Below are positions 1 through 13,856 of a DNA stretch of 64,000 bases, piece by piece. The first letter of the stretch is position 1; each line of letters starts with the position of its first letter. Source of the DNA: Octopus vulgaris (Eukaryota). The position numbers and the translations under genes were made by a program. Location of the stretch: positions 29,574,001 through 29,638,000 of the forward strand of contig OX597817.1 in NCBI GenBank assembly GCA_951406725.2, written 5' to 3'. Below the pieces are notes generated by a model, which was given only the letters and a program-made list of their open reading frames with translations, was not told where the DNA came from and made no database searches.

Positions 1-77
1 TCGATTTGCTCGACTAAAGGCGGTGCTCCAGCATGGCTGCAGTCAAATGACTGAAACAAGTAAAAGAGTAAAAGAGT
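1..77 (+). mobile_element. 3' end of SINE family A (truncated by window start)
   Basis: Matches the 3' end ...ggcggtgctccagcatggc(c/t)gcagtcaaatgactgaaacaagtaaaagag of other family A copies, with a (gtaaaaga)n tail. Confidence 0.85.
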
Positions 78-640
78 ATACTAAATCTATCAGATAATAT
101 CTGAAAATAGGAATAAAAGAAGAAATTCTATTACATTTGATGTGTTTTATATTTCCCCATGTTTTGCATATACACCTGAAATGTTCTCCTTCATCCACTG
201 AATCAACTCAGGTAAATTTCAGGGGTCAATAAACTGAATTATACTCCTCCTGCTTTATATAAGTGACCTACATACTGCTTCTTTGAATTATATACACTCC
301 TATGCATGGTTTAGTGGTTAGGGTGTTGCACTAATGATCCACGATCATGGATTTGGTCCCCAGACCAGGTGGTGATTTGTGTTTTTGAGCAAAGCACTTC
401 ATTTCATGCTGTTCTAGTGTGATGTGGGGACTGGCATGTCAAAAAATAGACCTAACATTTCCTTGCGTGTGTTGACGTAGGACTTGTACTCTGACCTCAT
501 AAAATCCTCACTAGCAATGACTACCAAACAAAGGGTTGGAGGATTGTCACCTGAGCAATGCAAAGGTGTCACTCACCAGGAGCAGTAGGGAATCACCAAC
601 AAATGGTGGATGCAGTGACATGTTGTTAGTGTATGCCCTT

Positions 641-651
641 CTACTACTACA

Positions 652-731
<80 letters not shown>

Positions 732-784
732 CACTACAGCTGCTGCTACTGCTGCTACTACTACTACTACTACTGCTGCTGCTG

Positions 785-815
<31 letters not shown>

Positions 816-862
816 TACTGCTGCTGCTGCTACTACTACTACTACCACTACTGCTGCTGCTG

Positions 863-899
<37 letters not shown>

Positions 900-930
900 A
901 GCTACTACTACTACTACTACTATTACCACC

Positions 931-969
<39 letters not shown>
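641..969. repeat. Compound trinucleotide microsatellite (CTA/CTG/CCA)n
   Basis: Directly visible; it produces the poly-L/V/Y ORFs. Confidence 0.95.
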
Positions 970-971
<2 letters not shown>

Positions 972-1108
972 AATGCAAACAAAACTTACATTTACTCTTT
1001 CATCATACATCATCTGCAAACTGAATTACCATTCCAAACAGACACAATTCTTTCAAGAAGGCACAAACAAGACAATGCTTTCTTAGCTTCAATCTATTCA
1101 CTAAATGA

Positions 1109-2404
1109 TATGTAAGTGCTCTGATCAATAAGTATCCAGGAGTTGCCATAGTAACAAAGCTAAAGCACACAGAATAAAGCCCTTTGGCACAGACTAACTT
1201 TGAACTCTTCTGTATGCACACTAAGTTTTAATGTACTAACTCACTTCCGCTGTTTACAGCAGTGCTTGGAAGGAAGGTGTGTAGCGTGTAATCATTGCAT
1301 TGACTATGTCAGAGAAAGTTGAGCAGAGAATCTGCATAAAATTTTTCCATAAGCTTGGCAACATTTGTTCAGGAGCCTACACAATGTTTTCAAAAAGTTT
1401 TCATAGGCGCAGGAGTGGCTGTGTGGTAAGTAGCTTGTTTACCAACCACATGGTTCCGGGTTCAGTCCACTGCGTGGCACTTTGGGCAAGTGTCTTCTAC
1501 TATAGCCTCAGGCCGACCAAAGCCTTGTGAATGGATTTGGTAGACGGAAACTGAAAGAAGCCCGTCGTATATATGTAAATACATATATACGTGTGTGTGT
1601 TTGTCCCCCTAGCATTGCTTGACAACCGATGCTGGTGTGTTTATGTCCCCTTTACTTAGCGGTTCGGCAAAAGAGACCGATAGAATAAGTACTGGGCTTA
1701 CAAAAGAATAAGTCCTGGGGTCGAGTTGCTCGATTAAAGGCGGTGCTCCAGCATGGCCGCAGTCAAATGACTGAAACAAGTAAAAGAGTAAAAGAGTAAT
1801 TGTTCTCAACACAATCAAGGAGATCTTGTGCAACTGAAACCCAAGTGTCTTTTTGGTCAGCTGAAAGCAGTTTTGGCACAAACTTGGCAGGCCCAAATCT
1901 TATACTCAAATCCTCAGTGATAATGGACTGAACAGAACCATAACTAATCTGCACATCCTTTGATAACTCTTGAATGGTGGTCTGACGATTTCCCTTCACA
2001 GCTGCACGCACATCTGCAATGTTTTTTCTTAGTTCTGCTGGTTGAAGGTCTCCAAGGATATTTGCCAAAATTGACATTTTTCTGCCATCTTGTAAATGTC
2101 TGAACCACTCATACTCTTGTGTGTGGTTCATACACTCCTCTCCACACCCTTTCTGCAACTTTGCATAGGCCTCTGAGCAGGTATCACCATGACAACTTTC
2201 TCTCTTATGGTCAATGTGACAATCTCACGCTACACACCTTCCTTCTAAGCACTGCGGCAGACAGCAGAAGTGAGCTAGAATGTTAAAACTTAGTGCACAT
2301 GCACAGCTGAGTTCAGGGTCAATCTTTGCCAAGCAGCCTCACTCTGTGTGTTTTACCTTCGTTACTGTGGCTACAGTCCGGATACTTATTGATCAGAACT
2401 TGTA
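1109..2404 (-). mobile_element. Non-autonomous fold-back mariner derivative, interrupted by a SINE
   Basis: Inverted ends ctgatcaataagtatcc / ggatacttattgatcag with inverted arms over 200 bp. Minus-strand transposase N-terminal remnant (YEWFRHLQDGRK...AKFVPKLLSADQK). Second copy at 53392-54235. Confidence 0.85.
1406..1797 (+). mobile_element. SINE family A, full length (tRNA-like head, CORE-like ccttgggcaagt segment, internal TA/TG microsatellite)
   Basis: A-box/B-box-like head (gtggctgtgtggtaag...ggttcagtcc), shared body and (gtaaaaga)n tail; more than 10 copies in the window. Confidence 0.85.
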
Positions 2405-2626
2405 AATGCATTTGTTTCAGATGTTATTTAAAGAAATTTTATATATATTTAATTACAACAGAAATTATGCACATAAGCAGATGTCTGGTTGCTGCTGATG
2501 TATTTAAAGCTCCATGCAGATTTTCATAATCCAGTCTGCTTCTTGTATAGTTGTCAATTAATTACTATGTTAAATAAAATTACCAATTATGAACTACAGA
2601 GCAAATCTAGGTAAAGTAAGGATAAA

Positions 2627-2665
<39 letters not shown>

Positions 2666-2820
2666 TTAACGTCCGCTTTCCATGCTAGCATGGGTTGGAC
2701 AATTTGACTGAGGTCTGGCGAAGCAGATGGCTGCACCAGACTCCAATCTGATCTGGCAGAATTTCTACAGCTGGATGCTCTTCCTAACGCCAACAACTTC
2801 GAGAGTGTAATGGGTGGGTA
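2627..2820 (-). mobile_element. 5'-truncated RTE LINE 3' UTR with (GAT)n tail
   Basis: Same sequence as the 3' UTR attached to RTE coding sequence at 21492-22222. Confidence 0.75.
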
Positions 2821-4968
2821 GTAGGTTTATATTAACCCTTTAGCATTCAGATTACTCTGTCAAATGTAATACTTATTCATTCACATTGTTTTGAATTTAT
2901 CAGGCATTGTCTTGTAGCTTTGAGATTATGATGATGTGATTGTTTATTTTTAGAATGACATTGTAGGGTAGGTGTGAGAAGCCAAATCTAGCCATTCTGA
3001 ACATAAAACAAGTAGAATATTTGGGCCGGATATGGTCGGTTTAAATGCTAAAGGGTTAAGGTTCTTGCAGCTCACCATTATGGCTGTTTGGAGCTCTGTG
3101 ATAGAAGTTCCAAAAGCATATAGATGCTCAACCACATTTGATCCTCAGGGGACACATCAATTATTGTAACAAATCATTCAATGTTGATGGATTTATGGGT
3201 TAAAGGATGACTTTTAAGGATTTCTTTTCTAATATACAATAAGTAGAATATATAATAATAATAATAATATTATGGAGATGTACTTGCATAGCAAGTGACC
3301 TGATCTGAGATCGTGTGCTGGGATGAAAACAATTGCAGTATGGAAGGTGTTTATAAGCCGTTTAAGAAACACACAAAAACCATTAGATTCACTTCAACAT
3401 TTAAATTTAATTTGCCAAAATATGTTCGTTGCTTTGAGACCGTGACCTGTTCACTGACAAAATTCTGTGCTGCATCTCATAATGATAATAATAATAATCA
3501 TAATAATAATAATAATAATAGTAAAAGAAAATGTAGAAAATAACTAACATGTATTGTAGTTTATTTTGTTTGTACTTTTGATGAGGTGAGTAAGAACATT
3601 AACAGAAAAAAAACTGTTTATTCCAAAGTCAAAGAACTTAATAAATATATATAAAAATATTATTTCTTTTTGTTTTTTTTTTAATCAGGAACAAACAAAC
3701 AAGCAAAAAGAACAAAAGACAGAAAAAAAGAAAAGGATTCTTGTTATAACACAGGTGTTCTGTTATAAATCGTGTTAGATATTCGAATGTGATATAATAC
3801 AATAAATGTATCTTAATGTGTATATATATTTGCGTATTACTACAGCAACATATAAATCCATAGAGTAATCTTTCTGTAGTTTTTTTTTACAATACTTTTC
3901 AATCCTTGTATTCCTGAGTAACTTGACTTCGCTCATTGTCTGACGAGTGTGTGTGTGTCTGTGTGTATAACACATTAGAATAGAAAAGAACTCACAAAAC
4001 ACTTTTCTTTTTTTATACTAGCTAATTCACGAGCTAAGCTCCAATATAAATATAATACTATTTAAACTCATTTCAGTAGGGGCAACTATATTGGATTGAA
4101 GTCTGTGCAAGATTTGCTGAACAACTTCAGTTTATTTAGTGTTATATTGACACAGAAACGCTTTGTATCATCTCAGCAAGACAATTTTACTAAAGAAAAT
4201 GTTGCAGTAAATTTCAGTTTTGTTTGTACTTCCTGTGTCTAAGAGGTTCCAACTTCCATGAAACATGGCTGATATTTGTTTCTCAAGAATATATTATTTA
4301 GCTAGTATATTTATAGCTTGTTACCAATGACTTTTCTTCTGTGTTGTAAACAACTGATTATATCAATCTTAACACTGTAGAGCGGCTGATGCATGTAATG
4401 TGGATAAAGTTAAATGGATGTTAGCTTTTGTTAAACACTTCCGAGGGTTAAATAGAAGTAAGCTTTTGTTAAACATTTCTGAGGGTTGCATTAGCATAAC
4501 AAGAAATAATGGCTGGTTATTGTTTTCTTTTCTTATTCAGTACTATTTACGGAGTTTATATGGTCATTGTGCAGTCAGGAAAGTGAGACATTATTAACAT
4601 ATGTAAACTAACAAGGGGAATTTGGTAAAGTACTTCTCAATTATGTACTTGAAATGTTCCATAGTGTTATTACCCATTACTGAATTGAATGGAAGCCCTT
4701 TAAAGAAAAATTTTACTTATTGACATGCCACATCTTTAAGATGCAAATGAATGCTTGTTCTCACTTACATCTTGGAGTAGCAGAAACATTTTGCATATAA
4801 AAGTCATAAAGTGGTGTTGCTGCTATAAGTACAAACGTCCTTGGCTAAATGGTTGATTGACATGGAGATACTTGACTGACTGACATGAAGTTGCTCACCA
4901 GATATACTCTTACTTCATTAGATATGATTTCTCCTCATGTTGTCTCTTCACTCTGTCTTTTCCATATC

Positions 4969-5287
4969 AGGACAATTACTCGCTAGGAAATTACCCACCA
5001 TGGGACAATTTCCCCCACCCCAATGACAACTACCCCCAGGACAATTACCCTGCTTAATTACTCTTTTACTGTTTTACTTGTTTCAGTCATTTGACTGTGG
5101 TCATGCTGGAGCACCTCTTTTAGTCGAGCACATCGACCCCAGGACTTATTCTTTGTAAGCCTAGTAGTTATTCTATCGGTTTCTTTTGCTGAACCGCTAA
5201 GTTACGGGGACGTGAACACACCAGCATCGGTTGTCAAGCGATGTTGCGAGGACAAACGCAGACACACAAACATATACACACACACAT

Positions 5288-5333
<46 letters not shown>

Positions 5334-5334
5334 C

Positions 5335-5367
<33 letters not shown>

Positions 5368-5646
5368 GTATATACATACGATGGGTTTCTTTCAGTTTCT
5401 GTCTACCAAATCCACTCACAAGGATTTGGTTGGCCCAAGGCTATAGTAGAAGATACTTGCCCAAGGTGCCACACAGTGGGACTGAACCCGGAACCATGTA
5501 GTTCGTAAGCAAGCTACTTCCCACACCCACTCCTACAATTACCCCCTCTCCAACACATTGAGAAGTTTTTTATCTCAAGATCTGTTGTCCTCAGGGGTAA
5601 TTTTCCTTGGGGAGTTATTGTCCATTGGGGTGGGAGTAAATGTCCT
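4969..5646. mobile_element. Unclassified MITE-like element with ggacaattacccc subterminal repeats, interrupted by a SINE
   Basis: Repeated ggacaatt(a/t)ccc motifs on the left and their reverse complements (ggggtaattttcc, ttattgtcc, aaatgtcct) on the right. Confidence 0.5.
5059..5535 (-). mobile_element. SINE family A with expanded internal (CA)n
   Basis: Reverse-complement match to 1406-1797. Confidence 0.85.
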
Positions 5647-5919
5647 AGACTCATCTTTTCTACAGTTATTACTGTAAACCTCTGTTCTTTGTGCTAGGAT
5701 GGTTTCATGTCATGTACTTCAAACCCTCTCAGTTCACTCATGTCTGTTTTCTTCATCAGATATTGCATGAACCTGGCCTGATTATATAGGCATCAGTAGC
5801 CTTGGAGTGCATGTGAAGATCCTTAACATTGTCTCTTTCTCAAGAACCATAACAAAATGCTACTTAAATTCTGTCCATTTTGTCACCTGTTGAAATATAC
5901 TGACTACTTTTTTTTTTTT

Positions 5920-6422
5920 AGCACCTGTGTCGGTGGCACATAAAAAGTAGTCAGTACCGCTTGTGGTACCAGTGCCGGTGGCACACAAGAGAAAACCATC
6001 CGAAAGTGGCCGTAGCCAGTACCGCATCGACTGGCCTCCGTGCTGTGGGCACGTAACAAGCACCATCCGATCGTGGCCGTTTGCCAGCCTCATCTGGCTC
6101 CTGTGTCGGTGGCACATAAAAACACCATCCGAGCGTGGCCGTCTGCCAGCCTCGTCTGGCACCTGTGTCGGTGGCACATAAAAAACACCATCCGAGCGTG
6201 GCCGTTTGCCAGCCTCGTCTGGCACCTGTGTCGGTGGCACATAAAATCACCCACTACACTCTCGGAGTGGTTGGCGTTAGGAAGGGCATCCAGCTGTAGA
6301 AACACTGCCAGATCTGACTGGACTGGTGCAGCTTTCGGGCTCCCCAGACCCCAGTTGAACCGTCCAACCCATGCTAGCATGGAAGGCGGACGTTAAATGA
6401 TGATGATGATGATGATGATGAT
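5920..6422 (+). mobile_element. RTE 3' UTR fragment with 62-63 bp internal tandem repeats and (GAT)n tail
   Basis: cctgtgtcggtggcacataaaa recurs at about 5924, 6100, 6162 and 6225; ends ...ggacgttaaatgatgatg. Confidence 0.75.
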
Positions 6423-6468
6423 AATCTTAACTATTCATCTTTCGATAGATAAAATATCTATTAGTAGA

Positions 6469-6660
6469 CATCATCATCATCGTTTAACATCCGTTTTCCG
6501 TGGTCTGGGAAGCCAGGAGGCTGTGCCAGGCTCCAGTCTGATCTGACAGTGTTTCTACAGCTGGATGCCCTTTCTAATATCAACCACTCCGTGAGTGGAG
6601 TGGGTGCTTTTTACGTGCCACCAGCACAGGAATCATGACTACAATTTTCATTTGATATTT
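6469..6660 (-). mobile_element. RTE 3' UTR fragment
   Basis: ctggatgccct...caaccactccgtgagt motif and (CAT)n tail. Confidence 0.65.
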
Positions 6661-6701
6661 GGAGGATCATGCCCCCCCCCATCATCATCATCATCATCAT
6701 G

Positions 6702-6749
<48 letters not shown>

Positions 6750-7367
6750 GTAATAGTAATAATAATAATAATAATAATAATGATAATAATAATAATAATA
6801 ATAATCATAATTTAATGTCTATTATTATGCTTTGACAGGAGCTGGCTGACTGAAGAGCTGCACCAGGCTCTGGCTATGACCTGATACCTTTCCTAATGTC
6901 GAGCACTCTACTGGGTACTTTTTACCTGGCACCGGCAAAGGTACTTTTATACATGCCACCAGCACAGGCGCTTTATACATGACACTGGTATGGTCGCTTT
7001 CTATATGGCACCTGGCACGTTTATGTGACACTGGCACGTTTTCATGACATTGATATTCTGAAAATTTATTGTATTGTGCATATGCAGGACAAAGTCATTG
7101 TGTCATTGTGTCATTGTAATGCTATGTCAAGTCTGTGCTGTGTTTACTGACTGTCTTTTTGCTTAGTATCTCCAGAAAGTAATTTTGGTGCTTCTTGAGG
7201 AATTCAGAATTTTTCAGTCTGATTCAAACACAAAATAGGACATTTGAAGTTTAAGACAAGGGCATGACTTTGATTATTTCTGTGCATTTATTTTTACTAT
7301 CAGTCTTTATCTCTCATTTTCTCTTTATAAATAGATACATACACATGTATTTGAATGTATACATATA

Positions 7368-7432
<65 letters not shown>

Positions 7433-7475
7433 TACTTGTGCGCAACTCCATTGTCTCCCGAGACAGAAAGGATGC

Positions 7476-7591
<116 letters not shown>

Positions 7592-10509
7592 TGCATATAT
7601 ATAGACGTATTCATACATATATGAGTGTATGTAAAAATACATAGATGCGTAAAGGTTTTGAGCCATGATAAATGAACTGATCTTAACCAGGAAATGACTC
7701 TGAAAGAGCCATGCTGTGACACTATAACTAGATGATTGGAAAAATCTACTGCTTGAAATATGGTGCAGGCAGAAAGATAAAAGTGAGGGCTAATAGTTTG
7801 ATCAATCTATACCACTCTAAATAAAGGATAAATGAAACCACTGGAAGTAGAAGTAAAGATGGAAAAAAGACAAAATAAATGATAATTGAAATGTTATTTA
7901 TTTAAGGAGATCAGGAAAGAAAATAAGATTGGAAAGACTCATCTGAAGAAATTCACGCAGACCTTTCTGAAGGATAAGTCATACAAAAGCAAGAATTTAT
8001 TGTTTTTTTTTTTTTGTATTGTGTGATTTGGTTTATTGTTTTATTGCTTTATTTGATAATGTTTTGGCTTCCATGTTCACAATCTAATTTTGTCAGATGT
8101 CAAGAATAAATAAATACTTATTATTAATATTGATGCCCTAAAGTTACTATTTCTTTTACATTTATATGTTTAATTCATAGTTTTTTGTTTTTTTTTTGTT
8201 AATGCTATATAAAAAAAAAAAAAATTATAAAAATAAGATAAAGCTAAATAGAAATAAAAGCGCTTCTCTTTCTGTTTGAAAGGGAAGGTAAAGATGTTCA
8301 ATAAATCTTCATTCCTCACCAATTGGAAAACATAAATTTTGACCACATAGGGTGCATTTGAAGAGTTTGGTTCTCTTTCATTGGACTTCTTCACACACAG
8401 ACATTTCTGAGTTAATCTAATGAAAATATATAATAGTTGACCTCAATCACACCACCTACTTGAAAATGGGTCTGCTGGGAGAGCAATTTCACTTGTTGAT
8501 CTGTACTTTCTAGTCAGTAATCACACTCAATTTTTCGCTATTTCTCATATCTGAATTAAGTAATATCGATTTATTCTGACTAGGCACAAGGTGAGGTTTT
8601 GTTGATAAAGAGCAAAATCAATTAAATCGATTCCAATATAGAATATATTTTACCAAATTTTTGTCAAGTATGAAAGTTAGTCGATACTGACTGAATTTTA
8701 GCTTAAAATTACAAGGAAACAAAGCACAAAGCCTTTATGTGGACATTTGACCAGTTAGAAACAGTAGCCAAAATCTCCTTCAAATCAGGCCCAGTCCTTG
8801 AAAATAAGGAAAGGGCACTCAGGAGGACCTTGTCTTCCATAATTATAAAAAGACAGTCACACCTGGGATGCTCCTCATTTAAGGTTTGCTTAATAAGGGA
8901 TCATTTCAGTTGGATAACCTCAATCATTAGATATTAAGAAGTATCCTATTAAATGTTATTCCATCTTTACTAGTTTTTCAGTATTCAGGATAATATAATA
9001 GAAATATTACATTTCTAAATATCTCAGAGAAATATAAGCAGTAGTGGTACGATAGAGTAGTTGTATACTGTCAATTTAATGTGACAGTCCCATGAAGGGA
9101 ATCACACCACTGCTATTTAGCCCTAGGAAGCATCAACGCTTCCTGTCGGCCTTGACATATTTCCTGTGTCCTTATGTTTTCAAGGAGGCAGACAAGCACC
9201 TCCACCCAGGATAATATTAGATTATTTTAATTAAAATATAAGGTTTTATATATATTAAATGAGATGTTGAGACATTCATGATGTTCCTAATGAAAATAAT
9301 GAAGATGAAAAGGTTTCAGCCAGCTAGTTACAATACTTGCCACTTTGTTTTAGTATAATATATTTAGTGTATGTTATAGGGAAGAGGTATTGTTATAAGG
9401 TTCAGAAGTTCGATTCATAATCGCATTATTCTGGTTTTGGCCTCAGAGTGTTTTCAACCATAGCATTGACCAAAAACTCATCATCATCATCATCATCATC
9501 ATCATTACCACCGCTGCCGCAGCCACTGCCACTGCCACCACCGCCACCGCCACCGCTGCCACCACCACCACCACCACCACCACTGCCATTGCTGTTGCTG
9601 CTGCTCCTGTCACTCTTGCCATCATCACCACCACCACCATCACCACTGTTGTTGTTGGTGTTGCTGTTGTTGTTGTTGTTAAGCAACAGGACAGGTAAGG
9701 GTGATTAGGTAATGGTCTAGGGCTTAGGAGCAGGAGACGCCAGACCTTGGGAAAAAAAAAAACTTTAGTTGTCTTGTTGTAGTCAAGGGCTCTTCGTTGA
9801 CACCCGACACCACTGGGAGGTGGCCCTCGAAGTCACTGGAAATGGAGATCTCCAGGTCCAAATTCTTGGACGGCTGTTGTTGCTGCTGCCACTGCTGCAA
9901 CCATCTGCACCACCACCACCATCTCCACCACTACTACTGCTACTAGTTATTGACTTCTACTGCCAATTGTGGATGCTTTTCCTATCATCAACCATTTTAC
10001 AATGTGTACTAAGTGCACTTGATCATGGAACTGACGTTAAAGGAATTATCGCTGTTTGACAGAATTCAACAAATCAGAGTCGTGTCTGCTAATTTCTCAC
10101 ATACACAACCTTATCACTTGTATCCTGCATTTCCTCCTTATCCTCCTCCTCCCCTGTCCTCTTCCTCCCCTGTCCTCTTCCTCCCCCCTCCTCTTCCTCC
10201 CCTCTCCTCTTCCTCCTCCTTATCTTTTAATATCTACTTCTCATGCTGAGGAATGACAGAACTGGTAAAAGAGTGGCAGAAATATCTTGTAATATTAAGT
10301 AATGTGAAAGTAATGAACTGGCAGAATTGTTAGCACATCAGGCAAGATGTTCACGATGTTCTGAGTTCAAATTCCACAGAGGTTCACTTTGCTTTTTTGT
10401 CCTTTCAGTGATGATAAAATAAGTACCAGTTGCGTACTGAGATCAATGTAATTGATTTACCTCTTTCCTAAAATTGCTAACCTTCTAACAAAATTTGGAG
10501 AGAAAAATC

Positions 10510-10649
10510 CACATGGTTCTGGGTTCAGTCCCACTACGTGGCACCTTGGACAAGTGTCTTCTACTTCAGCCTCAGCCTGACCAAAGCCTTGTGAGTGGAT
10601 TTGGTAGATAGAAACTGAAAGAAGCCTGTCGTAATTATATGTACATATG

Positions 10650-10704
<55 letters not shown>

Positions 10705-10930
10705 ATATGCTAGTGTGTCTGTGTTTGTCCCACCAACATTGCATGACAACTGATGCTGGTGTGTTTAGGTCCCTGTAACTTAGCAGTTCAGCAAAAGAGA
10801 CCGATAGAATAAGTACTAGGCTTCTGAAGAATAAGTCCTGCGGTCGATTTGCTCGATTAAAGGTGGTGCTCCAGCATGGCTGCAGTCAAATGACTGAAAC
10901 AAGTAAAAGAGAGTAAAAAGAGTAAAAGAG
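10510..10930 (+). mobile_element. SINE family A (5' end clipped)
   Basis: Match to the family A body and tail. Confidence 0.8.
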
Positions 10931-11387
10931 ACTATGGAACCTGGTGTAGCCCCTGGCCTTGCCAGCTCCTCTCAAATCATCCAACCCATGCCAGCACGGA
11001 AAACGGATTTTAATTGATGATGATGATGATGATTATGATGCTGGTGGTGATGATGATGATGATGATGATGATGAATAATTAAGTTATGTCATGGCAGTGA
11101 GCTGGCAGAACCATTAGCATGCTGGGCAAAATGATTATTAGCATTTCATCCATCTATATGCTCTGATTTCAAACTCTGCTGAGGTCCACTTTGCCTTTTG
11201 CCCTTTCGAGGTCAACAAAGCAAGTACAAGTTGTATAACTGGGATCAATGTAGTTGATCGATTTACCTCCTTGCCTCCTCTGAACTTACTGGCTTTGTAC
11301 CAAAATTTGTAACTAATATCAAGTTATGTCCCTTTACATTCTTGTGAAATCACTTTACACTCATGTGAACTCAGTTTCTTACTTATT

Positions 11388-11800
11388 TACTCTTTTACTC
11401 TTTTACTCTTTTACTTGTTTCAGTCATTTGACTGCGGCCATGCTGGAGCACCGCCTTTAATCGAGTAACTTGATCCCGGGACTTATTCTTTTGTAAGCCC
11501 AGTACTTATTCTATCGGTCTCTTTTGCCGAACCGCTGAGTGACGGGGACGTAAACACACCAGCATCGGTTGTCAAGCAATGCTAGGGGGACAAACACACA
11601 CACACACACATACACATATATATATATACATATATACGGCAGGCTTCTTTCAGTTTCCGTCTACCAAATCCACTCACAAGGCATTGGTCGGCCCGGGGCT
11701 ATAGCAGAAGACACTTGCCCAAGATGCCAAGCAGTGGGACTGAACCCGGAACCATGTGGTTGGTTAGCAAGCTACTTACCACACAGCCACTCCTGCGCCT
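11388..11800 (-). mobile_element. SINE family A, full length
   Basis: Match to family A. Confidence 0.85.
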
Positions 11801-12609
11801 ATATTTTGTTATATAATTTAAATACAATTGCCTTCAGCTATGCAAACAATTCATTCAATTTTATTTGTTACTTTGTCAAGTGAGAGACGTAATTATAGCC
11901 TCATACACAAGTCAAAAACTTTTTCATTTAAAAACTACTTTAACTGATATTGTTGTTGTTTCACACCTATGATTAAAGAGTTCCTGACATGACCATTCCT
12001 TCATATTTTTAAATAATATACCCGGAATATTTTTTTCAATTTGTCTTTTCTCTTTAAGATATTATGGTGGAGGTTTGAAGGGAACTTGACAGTTACTTTT
12101 AGAAGGTCAAATGACCATGTAGAGGCTCCCTAGCTTCTTTCACGGTTTCATTGATTAATTGATATTATACATAACTGAATTTAAAATCTGTGTTTAACTG
12201 GTTTTTATTTATTGTCTGTAGTAAAATGAATACTGCATTGAGTGTTCATCTAATAATCATAGAATACACAAGATACAAATATACAAATTTCTCTAAGCTG
12301 CAGGCATTATTATGTAGTGAGAAGCTTGTTTCTCAACCACATGGTTCCTGGTTCAGCCTTCTATTATAGCCTCAGGCCAATCAAATCCTTGTAAATGGAT
12401 TTGGTAGACAGAAACTGAAAGAAGCCCATCAACCGGTCTGTGGATGTTGAACCAGCAAGGAGAAGCTAATGATCTCCCCTGTTAGAAGGTTGTAATGGAC
12501 ACAGATTTGAGAGTCACATAGCTAGCTGGAGGCGATGGCCTCTCAGAGCTAATTAATGGCAGTATTTGTCTTATTTCTCTGGACTACCATGTTAGCTTGG
12601 TGATAAATA

Positions 12610-12830
12610 TTCTTTTCTTTTCTGCTCTAGGTGCAAGGCCTGAAATTTTTGGGTATAGGCCAGTCAATTAGATTGACCCCAGTACACAACTTCTACTTAA
12701 TTTATTGATCCCAAAAGGATGAAAGGTGAAGTCGCCCTTGGCAGAATTTGAACTCAGAATGTAAAGACAGACGAAATACCACTAAGCATTTCGCCTGGCA
12801 GCCTAACGTTTCTGCCAGCATGCCACCTCT
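12610..12830 (-). mobile_element. SINE family B (tRNA-derived, central cctttcatcctttcggggtcgataaa motif)
   Basis: Diverged match to 19832-20058; other diverged copies at about 10315, 11093, 26350, 56600, 57230 and 59415. Confidence 0.7.
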
Positions 12831-12924
12831 TGGCAATGAATATTAATACCCAGTACTGCTGCTGTAGTCTCCATTAGAGAGATTTAGAAATAATAATAAT
12901 AATAATAATATATATATATATATA

Positions 12925-13340
12925 TCATCATCATCATCATCATTTAATGTCCGCTCTCCATGCTAGCATGGGTTGGATGATTTGACTGAGGACTGGCAAG
13001 CCAGATGGCTGCACCAGGCTCGAATCTGATCTGGCAGAGTTTCTACAGCTGGATGCCCTTCCTAATGCTAACCACTCCGAGAGTGTAGTGGGTGCTTTTA
13101 TGTGCCACCAGCACGAGGGCCAGTCAGGTTGTACTGACAATGGCCATGCTCAAATGGTGTTTTTTACGTACCACCTGCACAGGAGCCAGTCCAGCAGCAC
13201 TGGCAACAATCTCACATGAGTACATTTTCACGTGCCAGTAAGGCGATGCTTGTAATGATCACGTTTTTTACGTGCCACCGGCACTGAAACCAGTTTGCTA
13301 CTTTGGCAACGATTACATATGGATGGTGCTCTTAGCACTC
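12925..13340 (-). mobile_element. RTE 3' UTR fragment
   Basis: Match to 21492-21800. Confidence 0.75.
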
Positions 13341-13342
13341 CT

Positions 13343-13741
13343 GTATATATATAAAAGTGAAGTTGTGTGTCTGTCTCCTACGATTTAGATTCCTAACTAC
13401 TTCCACATTTTGCGGTGCAGTTTAACCAAAAGCGGGTATCTTATAGTCGTGATTCATATCGAGCCCTTCTGGGTATTAGCGTGCGTCTACGATGAGTCTA
13501 CGATTTAAAAAATAATTTACCATAATTTTTTTCCATTTTAATGCATATTTTCGCAATTATATAAGGGAAGTAACTCTCTAAAAATGTCTACGATGAGTCA
13601 ACGATTAAAAAAAAAAAGTTACCATAATTTTTTTTCCATTTTTAATGCATTTTTTTTGCTATTTTTTGGCTATAACTCTCTAAAAATGCTTATATAGTTA
13701 TTTCTCTTACAAACCTGAGCAACGCCGGGCGATACTGCTAG
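13343..13741 (+). mobile_element. Non-autonomous Helitron-like element
   Basis: 5' (TA)n-aaagtgaagttgtgtgtctgtc start; 3' GC-rich hairpin (cctgagcaacgccggg) followed by CTAG|T at 13738-13742. Confidence 0.65.

Positions 13742-13856
<115 letters not shown>

Noticed and set aside
536-1115. Poly-Leu/Val/Tyr ORFs, and similar YI/HT/CV-repeat ORFs throughout the window
   Set aside because: They are translations of microsatellites.
9690-10060. Possible host exon in GC-richer sequence between trinucleotide tracts
   Set aside because: No recognisable domain or convincing splice-site pair; it cannot be supported without RNA data.
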